From: Botryllus schlosseri
Taxonomy: Eukaryota
Length of the DNA stretch: 64,000 nt
Direction of reading: 5' to 3'
Assembly: GCA_051294905.1 (NCBI GenBank)
Contig: CM119372.1
Span: 40,054,001-40,118,000, forward strand
Below, in pieces: positions 38,294-49,544 of the stretch (position 1 is its first letter; each line of letters starts with the position of its first letter). The notes under the pieces are model-generated. The model saw nothing but the letters and a program-made list of their open reading frames with translations. It was not told the DNA's origin and made no database searches. The translations under genes and the position numbers were made by a program.

Positions 38294-41200
38294 CTGTACA
38301 GTGTACACATCATGTTCTTTCCGAATAATTTCAATCAAGTGAGCCCAGGTAACTCAACCATGTCTATGGCTAAGCAAAAGTGAGTGGTTTTCATCCTTAT
38401 TACTCGAGGCACACTGACAGTTAATTTACCGATATATTTTGTTATGGCTATGGAAAAAAAGTGAAAAATTCATCAAGATGAAATAATTTATTCATGAAAT
38501 TGTTTAATGCGATATGTGCTCGCATTTCAATTTAACACAATGCTTTGATTCCTGCTTGAATGATGGCAGGCAGACTCGTAATTAATCTTCCATGGATAAC
38601 AGCTGGCTTTTTATAATGTTTTACGTTTATGGGTGCCACCGCTTTGATTGCCTATCCCCTGGTCGTAACGCATCAGGATCGTGTACCAAACACTTTCGGA
38701 CGAGGGCAAATCGATTTGACTCGCTTTCGGGACGAGAATCCATATACAAATCGGGTCGGAGGCGCTGCAGCACTTTACAGAATTGCTGAGCATGGAACGA
38801 TTAAAACACCACAAGGTGTCATGCGAATGCTCTTTGTAGGTAGTTGGTCTGTGTATTTTTGGTATAGTCTTACTCGGCGCTTGCGTAATCTCTACCACGA
38901 AATCATAACGCATGCTACTAAGGATAACCTGATGATTGATTCGTGGCATGGGAACGATTCTTAGTTCGCGTACATTTTGTAAAATAATCATTTGAATAAA
39001 AAACAATGAATAAAACATTTGTTACCGCACTTCAAGTCACGCCACCGGCAAACCTCTCGCGGCACCTACGTTAAAAATCATTGTTTACGGGAAATTCATG
39101 TGGCCATCATGAACGTTGAAAAACGCTACTGTGACGTCATATTGATAACAAGTCGCTTGCGGCCCTTGCCCCACCACCCGATATTGTCACGAGCCGCCAC
39201 TGGAGAACGGGATATTCATAGATATCGATAAAATTAAATGCTTTATTCAAAGATAATGGTTCCAAACGGGGAGGGGGGCGTTTGCCTTATTTATTCTTGA
39301 GTTTGCGATTATGTTGAACGTAATCATGCGGCTTCCAACATAGCCCGTGAGTATACGTCTAGGCAAGGTGCTGACTTCTTGTGGTAATCAGCTGGTCAAA
39401 TTTTGATCTGGGCCACGGAACATTTTCAAATTGGACAAGGAGTCGCGACCATAAAAGGTTGGAAACCACTGGATGTGGGGTTCTTATAAAGCTCCGTGGT
39501 GCGCACCGGCATAAGGCTGATAAAAAATCTTATCGGTAGGACATGAACATGACTTAACGATGTGCAATTGCGTTCCCTGTATTTTCGACCTCATCATCCT
39601 CCACCACCTCTACCGGTAACTCTGATCATATGTGCGGAGAGTAGTATCTATATATTAATATATGGAACAACCAATATTATTGCCAGAATTCATTCAAATA
39701 ATTTAACGACCAAATGCATATAGAAACCAGATTCATATTGGAAGCAACACCCCCCCCCATAGTTTGCATCGATAACCCTATAGTCTGGGCTCAAAATAAT
39801 TGTTTATTTGGGCGGGAAGGGGCTGAAAACATGTGCTTTCGGTCCCGGTTACGCGACACACAGCAACATACTCTTGAACCGGATCGAGACCACCTCTGGT
39901 ATATACGAGAAAAGCTAGTGTGACATCATAACTCATTTTGAAATCCACTAGTGGGCGCTAAAGAGTGTCCGGAATTCAGGTTGCGGAGATATGGTAGCCC
40001 TAGTCTAGGGATGTCAGCTCAGTATCGGGTCGGGGACTGTTAGTGCCGGCAATTTCCGTTCCGGGACATACACGAAGACATATACAGTAGGCTACACGCG
40101 ACTCCGCAAAGTGCGCTCCCAAAATTATTGATGGTCATCACACCTACGCATGTATTCCGAAGCCTTCGATATGGATTTTCGGGTGCTTAAAATGGCTGGC
40201 GCCTAATGACTCTGTCCCTGCAATCAGACACCTTCGACATAAATGCGTTTGACACAAGAAGATATCGCCACCTCCCGTTAAAAAGGGCTAATTTGAAATC
40301 GCACGAGTCTGATCAAAGGAGTTTTTTTAATTGGTTTGGTATGTATCAGCGATTCCAATCTTTGAAGTAGCGTCAATCTATACCTCATGAGGTTACTAAA
40401 TAACCGTGCTTCAACGAATTAATTATTAAAAATGGACAGCACTTGCTCATATACACGCGTGCACCAATAATATTGATCAATTCTTTCATTTATTCAAAAA
40501 TATATTATTTACGCTCGGCGGCGCGACTAGGCCCAAAATTCACACTGATTGTTCACCACTTAGTGTCAGCGATTTGGGCTCGTCCGTGAAAGGACCGCCT
40601 TATACAAGCTGTAGTTGGCAACCGGGAGCTTCCATAGGGTGTGTTTGTGTGTGTGTGTGTCTAAGAATCGTATGTATAAAAGGGTAGTGATGAATATGGG
40701 CAATGGAAGGATGTACGGTTCTCCGAGGTGTTCCCATGGGGGAGCTCCCGTAAACTCGTTAAACCCTCCTTTTAAGACAAATGTTTTTTTCTGCCTACGT
40801 GGGTACGACCCTGCGTGTGAGCGATCTACCGGTGAGCCCTACCGGTAAATATGATAATTAAAACCTATTTGCAATATGCAAGTAAAAATAAGGAACCAAT
40901 TTCATTCATTAACCATGTAAAATTTTCGCGCATGGCGCGAAAGTGTTGACGCCTAATACTTCCACAATCATTTATCACATCACTTTATGTCTGTGAGTGG
41001 AATATATGTATAACGATCGCCCCAGCTGTTGTGTTAATCATCCAATAAGGGCCCAAGACCATCGTTGTTGCCTATCTTTTATACTTATCTTTAAGGGGGG
41101 TGTTCATTTACGTCATCGATTTTTTTCGCCCCTCCCAAATATTTTTCCTGGCTACGCTCTCGGCTCCACACATCAAAATACTACACCATCTTAGACGACA

Positions 41201-42271
41201 GTAGACATCACATTGATTTAAAACAAATTTAATCCAGATCATGTGCAATAACAGGCAACAGGCTACAAAAGGCAACAGGCTAATTCATTTGTGCATCTTC
41301 GCTGTTCAGCGTTCAGTGTTCATATCTGATCGCAAAATTGAGAAAGCTCCCGCCGTGGTGTAATATGATCTGCGCGCGCGATTTCTTGATAACGATCCTC
41401 GCTTAGGTCATGATACCTCGTTGTCCCTCTTTCTGCTGTTATCTTAGCTTAGGGGCTGCGGTGTTGTATTTAAATCAGTGATTCTCAAGCGCGCCCCTGA
41501 GGGCCGCATGCGGCCCCCAGCTAGCCTTCTTGCGGCCCCCCAAAAAATATTAAGAAATCGAGTTGTGTCAAAAAATAAATTTATATTTATAAAATACACT
41601 AGCTTGGCTTGGAGTCTGGAGTCTTTAATTAAGATTGTAGGAAAGTCGTGAGTAGACTGTTATCGAACGAGCAGTATAGCTACAGATATAGGTAAAGACA
41701 GGACTGTAACTGCCGCACGCCAAACGTCCAATGTACCTTTTTCAATTTTTTTTTGCTGTAGGCGTGATTTCATGCTGCCAAATATCTTGATTCTTGGGTA
41801 CTCATCCCCAAGAAAAAATGCGCAAGATTTATAGAAATGGGCATTGGGCATATCAGCGTTATAGTCTTTACCGCGCCACGACGCACCAAGCGAGAAAACC
41901 TTGGCCGAACAGGACTGCGCTTATGCTGACCGAAAACGTCGTTGTATATACAAAATTCTGTCTTGGCAATCTTAACCTCACGAGACAAATACCATCCCGC
42001 AGGGAAAAATTATATTCCAGTGAAGAAATACCAATTTGAAATCGTGTGTGTCTCTTAGTTTAGAAGCCTGCGTTCGGGCGATTCTATATTTTTCTGATAT
42101 AGCAGACAGGAGGTCACGAAATAACATGTTACAGAATCATACTAATGGGCCCTACAGTTTCTAAGACACCTCAATCAGCTCTACAGGTAAATCTGATTAC
42201 GTGAGCAGCGAGGACAAGAAATTGATAGCAATATATATGCAATTCCCGATCATATTGACCAATTTTATCAT

Positions 42272-42430
42272 AAATCATCATTCATCATCATTTGTTTATC
42301 AGCAATTTTATCAGTTCAATACACCACAAAAAATGCGATACAATGAAAAGAAAGGAAGATGTCGAAGGGACTAGGAGTTGTCTATGGAATCGGACACCCA
42401 CCTTGGCCTAGGCGATGTAAAGAGGAGGCA
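42272..42430 (-). mobile_element. Retroposon 3' end with (ATG)n tail
   Basis: Shares ACTCCTAGTC...TTCATTGTA block with about 770-900, 6775-6875 and 13191-13265. Confidence 0.55.
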
Positions 42431-43529
42431 ATTATCGAAAATTTCCGCGCCTCGCGCTGGCTTACTTAGTAGTACAGCTAGGCGAACAAGGTGATAGGGA
42501 TAGGTTTATCACCCTATGGAAGCCCAAGACCCAAGTTTACTATTTTTTTGGGAGGGGAGGCTGACGAAGTGCTGTTACGGGTATATACGCCCGACGATAT
42601 TTAATCATTATTGAGGAGCCCTACCTTTTCAAACACACTTCCCTCGGCTCTACCTGTAAAACTGATTACGTTAGCAGTGGGAGGATAAAAATTGATGGCA
42701 ATATATATGCAATTTCCGATCATATTGACCGATTCAATCATGAATTCCAGAAAATTTTCGCGCTTAGCGCATCTAGGCGATAAAACCTGACTCAGTAAAT
42801 CTCGCCAAAAGCAGCATAATTGGTAGTCCTATAGCTCACGACCGAAGCCTCCGCATAATTTGATAGGTCCGGTCTTTATCGAAAGCTAGTTTTGCACTGA
42901 TTCCAAAAATGCAAATTGAAATCTCTCCAGGGCAGTAAAACTACTCCGAAATAGCCTCCAATGGTCGACAGTTCTGAGCAATGGGAGCGCAGCAATACAG
43001 TGACCATAACAATGGCCAATAGCGTCAAGTGATTGATCGGAACAATGCCGATTTTCATATTATGATGACATTTTGGGTCCGTTTAATTGCCCTGGTGTTC
43101 GTGCGGCTCCGACCGTGCTCTGAAATTCTAAATTTGGCCCTGACACCGAAAAAGTTTGGGAGCCACTGATTTAAATCGTACAACTGGGTTATATATATGC
43201 TAATGATGAAGTCACAAACACAAGGAAGATTATCTGACCATTGTAATGTCTGCATTTATTTATACAATTAACCCGATGAATCGTTTAGAACTTGGAACAT
43301 CATTTTTTTTAAGCATTCTCCTTTTAAAAAAAAATAAAATACCCCCTTTTTTAAATATCCCCAGTTTTTTCTCGACTGGCTACGCCCCTGGGTCCGGCAT
43401 ACTTAATGGAGCAATGCGTTTTCATGTATTCCGTCCTGATCATATGGTAGTTGTTATTCGTTGACGCGCGTGTGCTGTATAGGCCTACTGGTGCGCTTTT
43501 GACTCCGAGGTGAAGTAGTCGTTGAAATT

Positions 43530-45530
43530 TCAGGGACATTGACCTGATTGGAACTGATACGCAAACTTGGCAATTTCTAGCTTCCTCATATCTTCTGTGT
43601 TTAGAACACCAAATCTCTTGAGAAGTGATTTGTCAGTTGCACATCCTGGCCCCCGTGGTGCTTTGACAATGATACGGGTGATCCGATGTTGAAGTTTTTG
43701 CAGTGGGTCAATCGTATTCTTGCAGGCATGACCCCAACAAAGAATTCCGTATTGTAACTTTGATAGGAATAGAGTGTGGAAGAGCATCAACAGCACCCTG
43801 ACTGGCAGAGTGCAGCTAAGGCGGCGAAACATACTACATACCTTCGATAGTTATGGTTTGAGTGATTGTATGTGATCAACTCTTCCAGTACATGTCCGAA
43901 TCCAGTAAAGACTCCAAGGTATTTGGCTTTTTTAGTGTTGGAAATTGGTTGGCCTGCGATGTCAACGGTTAGGTCATCGCAGGAGTTCACGACCAATAAT
44001 TGGGATTTCGCAGCGTTAACCCGAATGCTATTATGGGACGTCCACTCATGCACTTTGGGCATTTGATCACGGGTGCCGGCATTCAAGCTTGAGGTAGTAG
44101 GTGCGTGAGATAAGAGGTGAGTATCGTCAGCGAACAGTGTGGCATTCAATGATGAGGTTTCAACGATATCATTGACATACAAAGTAAAAAAGACCGGCCC
44201 AAGAAAAAAGCCTTGCAGAATACCATAGGTAACAAGCTGAGGGCAATACAAAGTGTTGTATATCGAAACCATTTGATATCTCCCAGTCAGGTGGCTTGTC
44301 ATGAGCTCTGGCTCTATAGTTGTGGACCAACCCGGAACGCGCCAATTTTGAGACAAGAATACTGTGACCGACGAGATAGCGCAGTGGTATCATCCGCGGC
44401 TGCAAAACCAATGGGTGCGGGTTCGAGTCCGACCGAGGTGGACTTCTGAATTCCAATACCTTAGTGTAGGAGGTTTACCTAGGCTCCCCCTCGCCACCTC
44501 ATGCGCGTCAGCGGTGTCTTACAAAAGCCTAGAGGTGGGCCGTGCTATAAGTCCGCAGTTACGGAAAATAAGAAGAATATCGGCCTGGTGTAAATGACCA
44601 TAGTAGTCGACAAACACTATGAATTCCCCAAACAAACAAACTGTGATCGACGAAGTCGAACGCTTTTTTTAGATCAAGAAAAATGCTACACCCGGCCCAC
44701 ACTTCGTTTCCTCAAGATGTCGTAGTAGCCTACTATTCGGCCAGTGTTAGCAGGGCATGCGAGGTTTGATGCTTTTTGCGGAAGCGGAATTGTTGCGGAG
44801 AAATGATAGACTTCTTGGCGAGGAACGAAGATAGGCGGGAGAGGAGCAATTTTCGAACACAATTCCAATACACAGTAGGACAGATATAGGTCGGTAGTTG
44901 GTGACGTTAGTTCTATCTCCGGCTTTGTAAACCGGGACAACTCTGGCAGTTTTCAGATCATTTGAGTAGACACCATTTTCTATCATGAAATTGAAAAAAT
45001 GAGAAATGGGATGGCCGATGTGTAGGCTAATCAGTTTTAAAAACCAGGCTGGAATTAGATCATATCCAGTTGCCTTGTTAGATTTAAGCTCATGAATGGC
45101 AATTAAGTAGCCTAACACTTCCGTGGAAGTTGCAGCTCGAGCACGGCTGATTTAACCTCAAGCTTGGTCGACGCAGGTTTCGAAATAGATGAGGCTATAT
45201 TGAGGCTATATACATTGCAAAAATACTCATTGAAGTAATTTGAGATGGCCGCAGGATCTGTCAGATTGTCCCCGGTAGTCGAGCTCGTGATTTGCGTGAC
45301 AGGCCTGGGGCGTTTTTTTCTAGTGCAAGGGCAATTTAATTCTTAACCAGGTTTTGTGAGTGTCCTTCTTATGTTTGTTGAAGAATTTCGCGTTAGCCTT
45401 CGCTTTTACCTTGGGCGATGTGATTTCTGAAGGGCCAAAACATTTCTCGCTCGTCTTGTGAGCTGTTCGTGGTATAGAGTCTATGTGATGCCTTTTCGTA
45501 CGGCACTGCATAAGCAGTGAGGTCAGCGAT
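43530..45530 (-). mobile_element. Degraded CR1/L2-group LINE ORF2 (reverse transcriptase)
   Basis: KATGYDLIP, ARVVPVYKAGD...NYRPISVL, IFLDLKKAFDFVDHSIL, QGFFLGPVFF, LFADDT, KYLGV, LQYGILCWG in order, with frameshifts. Confidence 0.9.
44368..44639 (+). mobile_element. Full-length tRNA(Cys-like)-derived SINE
   Basis: A-box TAGCGCAGTGG, CTGCAAA loop, B-box GGTTCGAGTCC, (CAAA)n tail, TSD ACTGTGA. Confidence 0.88.
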
Positions 45531-45622
45531 GAGGATATTCTGTTCTACTACCCAGTGATTAAACTAACACATGCGCATCACTAAAATAGCTGACATCCAT
45601 TAGTTTGTTTATCCCTGTTATC

Positions 45623-46058
45623 TAGGCTTACCATACGTCCTCTTTTAAGAGGATTTGTCCTCTTTTTTGACTTTTTTGAAAGTGTCCTCGGAGGACGCCC
45701 TTTTGTCCTCTTTTTTGAGATTTTGTCCTCTTTTTTGAAAATTTAGGTCAGATTTAGAGGAAATTGCGAGTGATATGCCGCAAATTAGCGCAGAAGTGAA
45801 GCTCCGGCGGGTATTTCGGAGGGAAAAGCGGTGAATTTAGCTCTGAGCGAAAAGAAGACCTTTTTTTTTAGTCATCCACCTGGCAATGTGGAGAGAAAAA
45901 CGTTATTTTGAGCTCTGAGCGGAATTTTTTTTTTTATAGTCAACCGATAACGAAGTGGGAAAAATTTACCGGTTTTTGAGAATTCTTCTCCAGTTTTGCG
46001 TGTCTGAAATTTCTGAAAAAGTGTCCTCTTTTTACATTTCCAAAATATGGTAAGCCTA
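45623..46058. mobile_element. hAT-type MITE
   Basis: TIR TAGGCTTACCATA; exact TSD CTGTTATC. Confidence 0.85.
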
Positions 46059-46895
46059 CTGTTATCCCCACTGTTAGTAGCGATGATTTTCGTCTAGCAA
46101 TAACTGCAAGAACATCACACAACAGAACGGCACCGGTATCACGATTCATGCTAAACGACGACAAGTTTTTTTAGTTTTTCGGTAACTACTTTCTATTTGA
46201 AATGCGAACTAGAACTATATATTCTCTTTACAAAACTCGCAACTAGAACTACTCCAAAGCCAGCAGTTTTGACCGTCGACAAATTAGATTGATAGTTTGT
46301 ACAAGTCTGCTTATGTGGATACGATAATACCATTTCGCCCAAAATGGAGAATTCGTTTTTTCATCATAACATTCATGCCATTTCCAGAAATTCCTATTTT
46401 AATAAAGCGTCAACGTTTCCTTGTTTAGATCTAATTTTCTAGAACTGATGCTTCATCGAGCGAGCTTCCTGTTAAACGCGATTCCGGGTATTTCATAAAC
46501 GATATCAACGAGCCGCCTTCCTGAGCCCATGCATACGTATTGCACTCGACGGAAGAGTTGGTTGCTATTCATAGTAAATTGTCGGACACTGAACTAAAAA
46601 AGCATTGATGTGTGTGGCTCAGTTGAAGTTGGTCGCATTATAGGCTACCGTGCGCCAATACATTCATACCCACTGCACCACCGCATTCAGCTTAGTAGGA
46701 TACACAACTTCACGGCCGCTGGATATTGAATATGAAATCGCTTCTGAAAGTGTCGCTCCTTATCTGGACTCTTTCGATGTATGGATTCCCGCCGGCATCA
46801 GGTATGAACAACACGTAGGCTATAGCCGCCTAGATATGAGTCGCAACTTTGTCATTTTCAGCCCGATTTTGCACGAGGAGACACGTTGACGGTGA

Positions 46896-47051
46896 ATGGA
46901 TTTCAGTGGGAGATTGTGGGGTTGGTATGCAAGTAGTTTTACTTTACTACTGGAAGTTCTATTCTGTGTACGTTTCATGAAGGGTCCGGAAAGGGTGTCG
47001 GAGATAATGAAGGAAAGTCAACTCAGAGCGGAAAATGAGCAGAAATGGACT
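46896..47051 (+). CDS. Fibrinogen-related protein, putative coding exon 1
   Basis: MDFSGRLWGWYASSFTLLLEVLFCVRF...EQKWT then GTAAGT; WT joins VFQRR of the next exon. The 5' boundary is uncertain (alternative acceptor at 46982). Confidence 0.6.
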
Positions 47052-47691
47052 GTAAGTAAATAAATATCAAACAAATAGCGAATATTGGACGGTAAGTAAA
47101 TAAATATCAAACAAATAGCGAATATGCATATATTTCTTACAGTTTTCTGGCATATGGAGGTGACCTAAATAGACATATTTGGTACTCCTGTAGTAGAAGT
47201 AGCGATTTCAAAGTAAGATAAAAGTAAGAATTCTACGCCTAGTTTTGCATGAAATCTGAAAAACGAAGCAGAAGTAGAAGTGGTCTGAAATCGTATACTC
47301 GATCAATTAGTGCAGTACACAAAAACTACTTGGGCGCTTTGTAGAGTACAAGTGTTTTTCATTACCAACCAATTCTGCGCACATGTGTACAGATGAACCT
47401 TTCTACTTTAATGTAGAATCTAGATTCTAGATGCTGCACTTTTGGAATATCGTCGGAATATATCGCAGTTATCGGTGAAGGTGCTAGTGATCGGTTTTAT
47501 CGGTATCGGCTCAAAATCCAATATCGGCCGGGCTCTAACCGTGAGCAAGCTCGGTTCAAGAAGAACAAAAGTTTGAAATAAGTTCCCAGCTATACATACT
47601 TTTCAACCGTAACTTCGAAGGCCGAACTGACTCACAGAAGAGTATTCATGGGATATCTGATGGTTTGATTGTTTGTTGAATTTCTTTGTAG

Positions 47692-47788
47692 GTTTTCCAG
47701 CGACGAAAACACGGAAACGTGAGTTTCTACCGAGATTGGGATAATTACGAGAAAGGATTCGGAAATCGTGACGGCGATTTCTGGCTCG
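47692..47788 (+). CDS. Fibrinogen-related protein, exon 2
   Basis: VFQRRKHGNVSFYRDWDNYEKGFGNRDGDFWLG, a classic FReD motif. Confidence 0.92.
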
Positions 47789-48330
47789 GTACGAAGGTTT
47801 TGATTTGCATTTGATTCCAACTTGTTCACTTGGATCTCAAACTGGGAGGGTGTGCAGGCATCTGAAGGGGGCGCGAAACCGCAGTCGACTGAAAAGATTG
47901 TCGTGATCTGCGTGATTGACTATTAATTCATGGTTATTGCTCTGTCTATTGTCCGAATTTCCCATATTTGTGAACTCTCTCGTCTACAGCCATAACCTTC
48001 GATACCATCGAACTATCCGTAGGGATTGCCAGCATTCTAATTGCTCTCTTCGATATTTTGTGATATCACAGTAGGGTGGGGGGGGGGGGGGGATTTTTAA
48101 GTATCATAAAGTTGGGCGTGTCTAAAAAAGTTTGAGAACCACTGATCTAGTTGTAGAGTTTTGTCGATCTTAACTTAGTTATTAGGCCTATATAACAAAT
48201 GCAGCCCATTATGCAGGGAGTACAATTTTTTCTGTTTTGTAGAGGTTATATGGATTATAGCATTTTCGCCTGACAAGTAGTTTGATTCAAAACCAACGTC
48301 TTCTAATCATTTCACAATGTGCGTGTCCAG

Positions 48331-48430
48331 GGCTCAAGCGATTGCATGAATGGACAAAGGAAGGAGAGATGGAATTAGAAATCAACATGATCACGAACGA
48401 TACAAGAGTTCATTGGGTGGCTAAATACAG
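48331..48430 (+). CDS. Fibrinogen-related protein, exon 3
   Basis: LKRLHEWTKEGEMELEINM...AKYS; phases fit the flanking exons. Confidence 0.9.
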
Positions 48431-49243
48431 GTAAGCTGTATTTCGTTACATCAATTGATGCATACATTTGGAAATAATGGTAATATCATTAGGAGAATAA
48501 AATGCCCAACAAAACTAGACACAGTGCTCACAGGTTAAAAACAGCTGGAGCTGGTTTAGAGCGAATGAGAGCGAAATCAGTATGTAATATTTTGAATCAG
48601 CGTTGACAGCATTCACGAAACAATGTTCAGGTGAGTATGTGCTGCAATATTGTGATCTTTACGCCGGTAATGCTTTTCGCACCGAAATTTGATCTATAGA
48701 TTATCGTCGTGGGGCTTGCAAAATCAATAACTGTATAGGGTTGGCCGAAATCGAGTCGAATATATTAAGTTATATATATCATCATGAAGTCATAACTGTA
48801 TGAAATATGTGAAAAGTTCAAATCTGTACCTTTTAAGCGACCGCGAAGAATATATTGCCAATTCTACATCACATTAGAAAGATTATTTTCGACCACACCT
48901 ATTTCCTTGCACTTTGCGACAATGCTGTCGGTTGATCACGACTTTACAAATACATCATTTCCTGTAACGTACGCAGCTTTGTGCACACGTTTCGTATGCT
49001 GCGATACGACCATTCCACTGTGTGAAATAGCATCGGCACAATAATTTTCGTTATTTTCGCAAGGAGCGTATCATTTCAGTATTCGCAGAATTGATTTTTC
49101 ACTACTCGACTCGAATCATGAAAATTAATTGTCGATTCAGATTTGAGCAGTCGAATTTTTGTGTCCGGCCCTACCCCTAGCACTGGACCAATTTACTTCA
49201 AAATTGGCTTTATTCCACAACCGCAACATTTTTTATTATTTAG

Positions 49244-49544
49244 CAATTTCCGCATCGGACCCGGTACGGACAACTACACACTGACCGTATCAGGATTCTC
49301 CGGAAATGCAACATACGATGCTCTCTCTCATCACAACAACCGAAAATTCACAACATATGACACCAAGTCTTCGCATAATTGCGCTAAAAAACGAAACGGA
49401 GGCTGGTGGTATCGTAACTGTGTCTCCGCCAATCTGAATGGAATCTTCTACAGAACAGGGGACAACGGAATGTGGTGGATTAATGCAACCGCCTCCAGAC
49501 GCTACCTGCGCTACTCAGAGATGAAGTTTCGAAGAAAACTATAA
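49244..49544 (+). CDS. Fibrinogen-related protein (ficolin/MFAP4-like), last exon
   Basis: NFRIG...YTLTVSGFSG...FTTYD...NCA...GGWWYRNCVSANLNG...SEMKFRRKL*. Confidence 0.93.

Larger units (their letters stand above)
34027..39202 (+). mobile_element. Near full-length hAT transposon
   Basis: Perfect 14-bp TIR CAGTGGCGGCTCGT; exact 8-bp TSD GAGAACGG; carries a transposase. Confidence 0.93.
33707..40002. mobile_element. hAT-derived element (TAGGGTTGCCAT family) split by the 34027 insertion
   Basis: TIR TAGGGTTGCCATA/TATGGTAGCCCTA; exact TSD GTCTAGGG. Confidence 0.8.
32948..41162. mobile_element. Outermost hAT-derived element of a four-level nest
   Basis: Degenerate TIR CACTGGCGTAGCCAG...CTGGCTACGCTCTCG; TSD GCTCCACT/GCTCCACA. 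Confidence 0.55.

Noticed and set aside
44370..44445. tRNA-Cys gene
   Set aside because: Poor cloverleaf stems, and it continues into a SINE body with tail and TSD.
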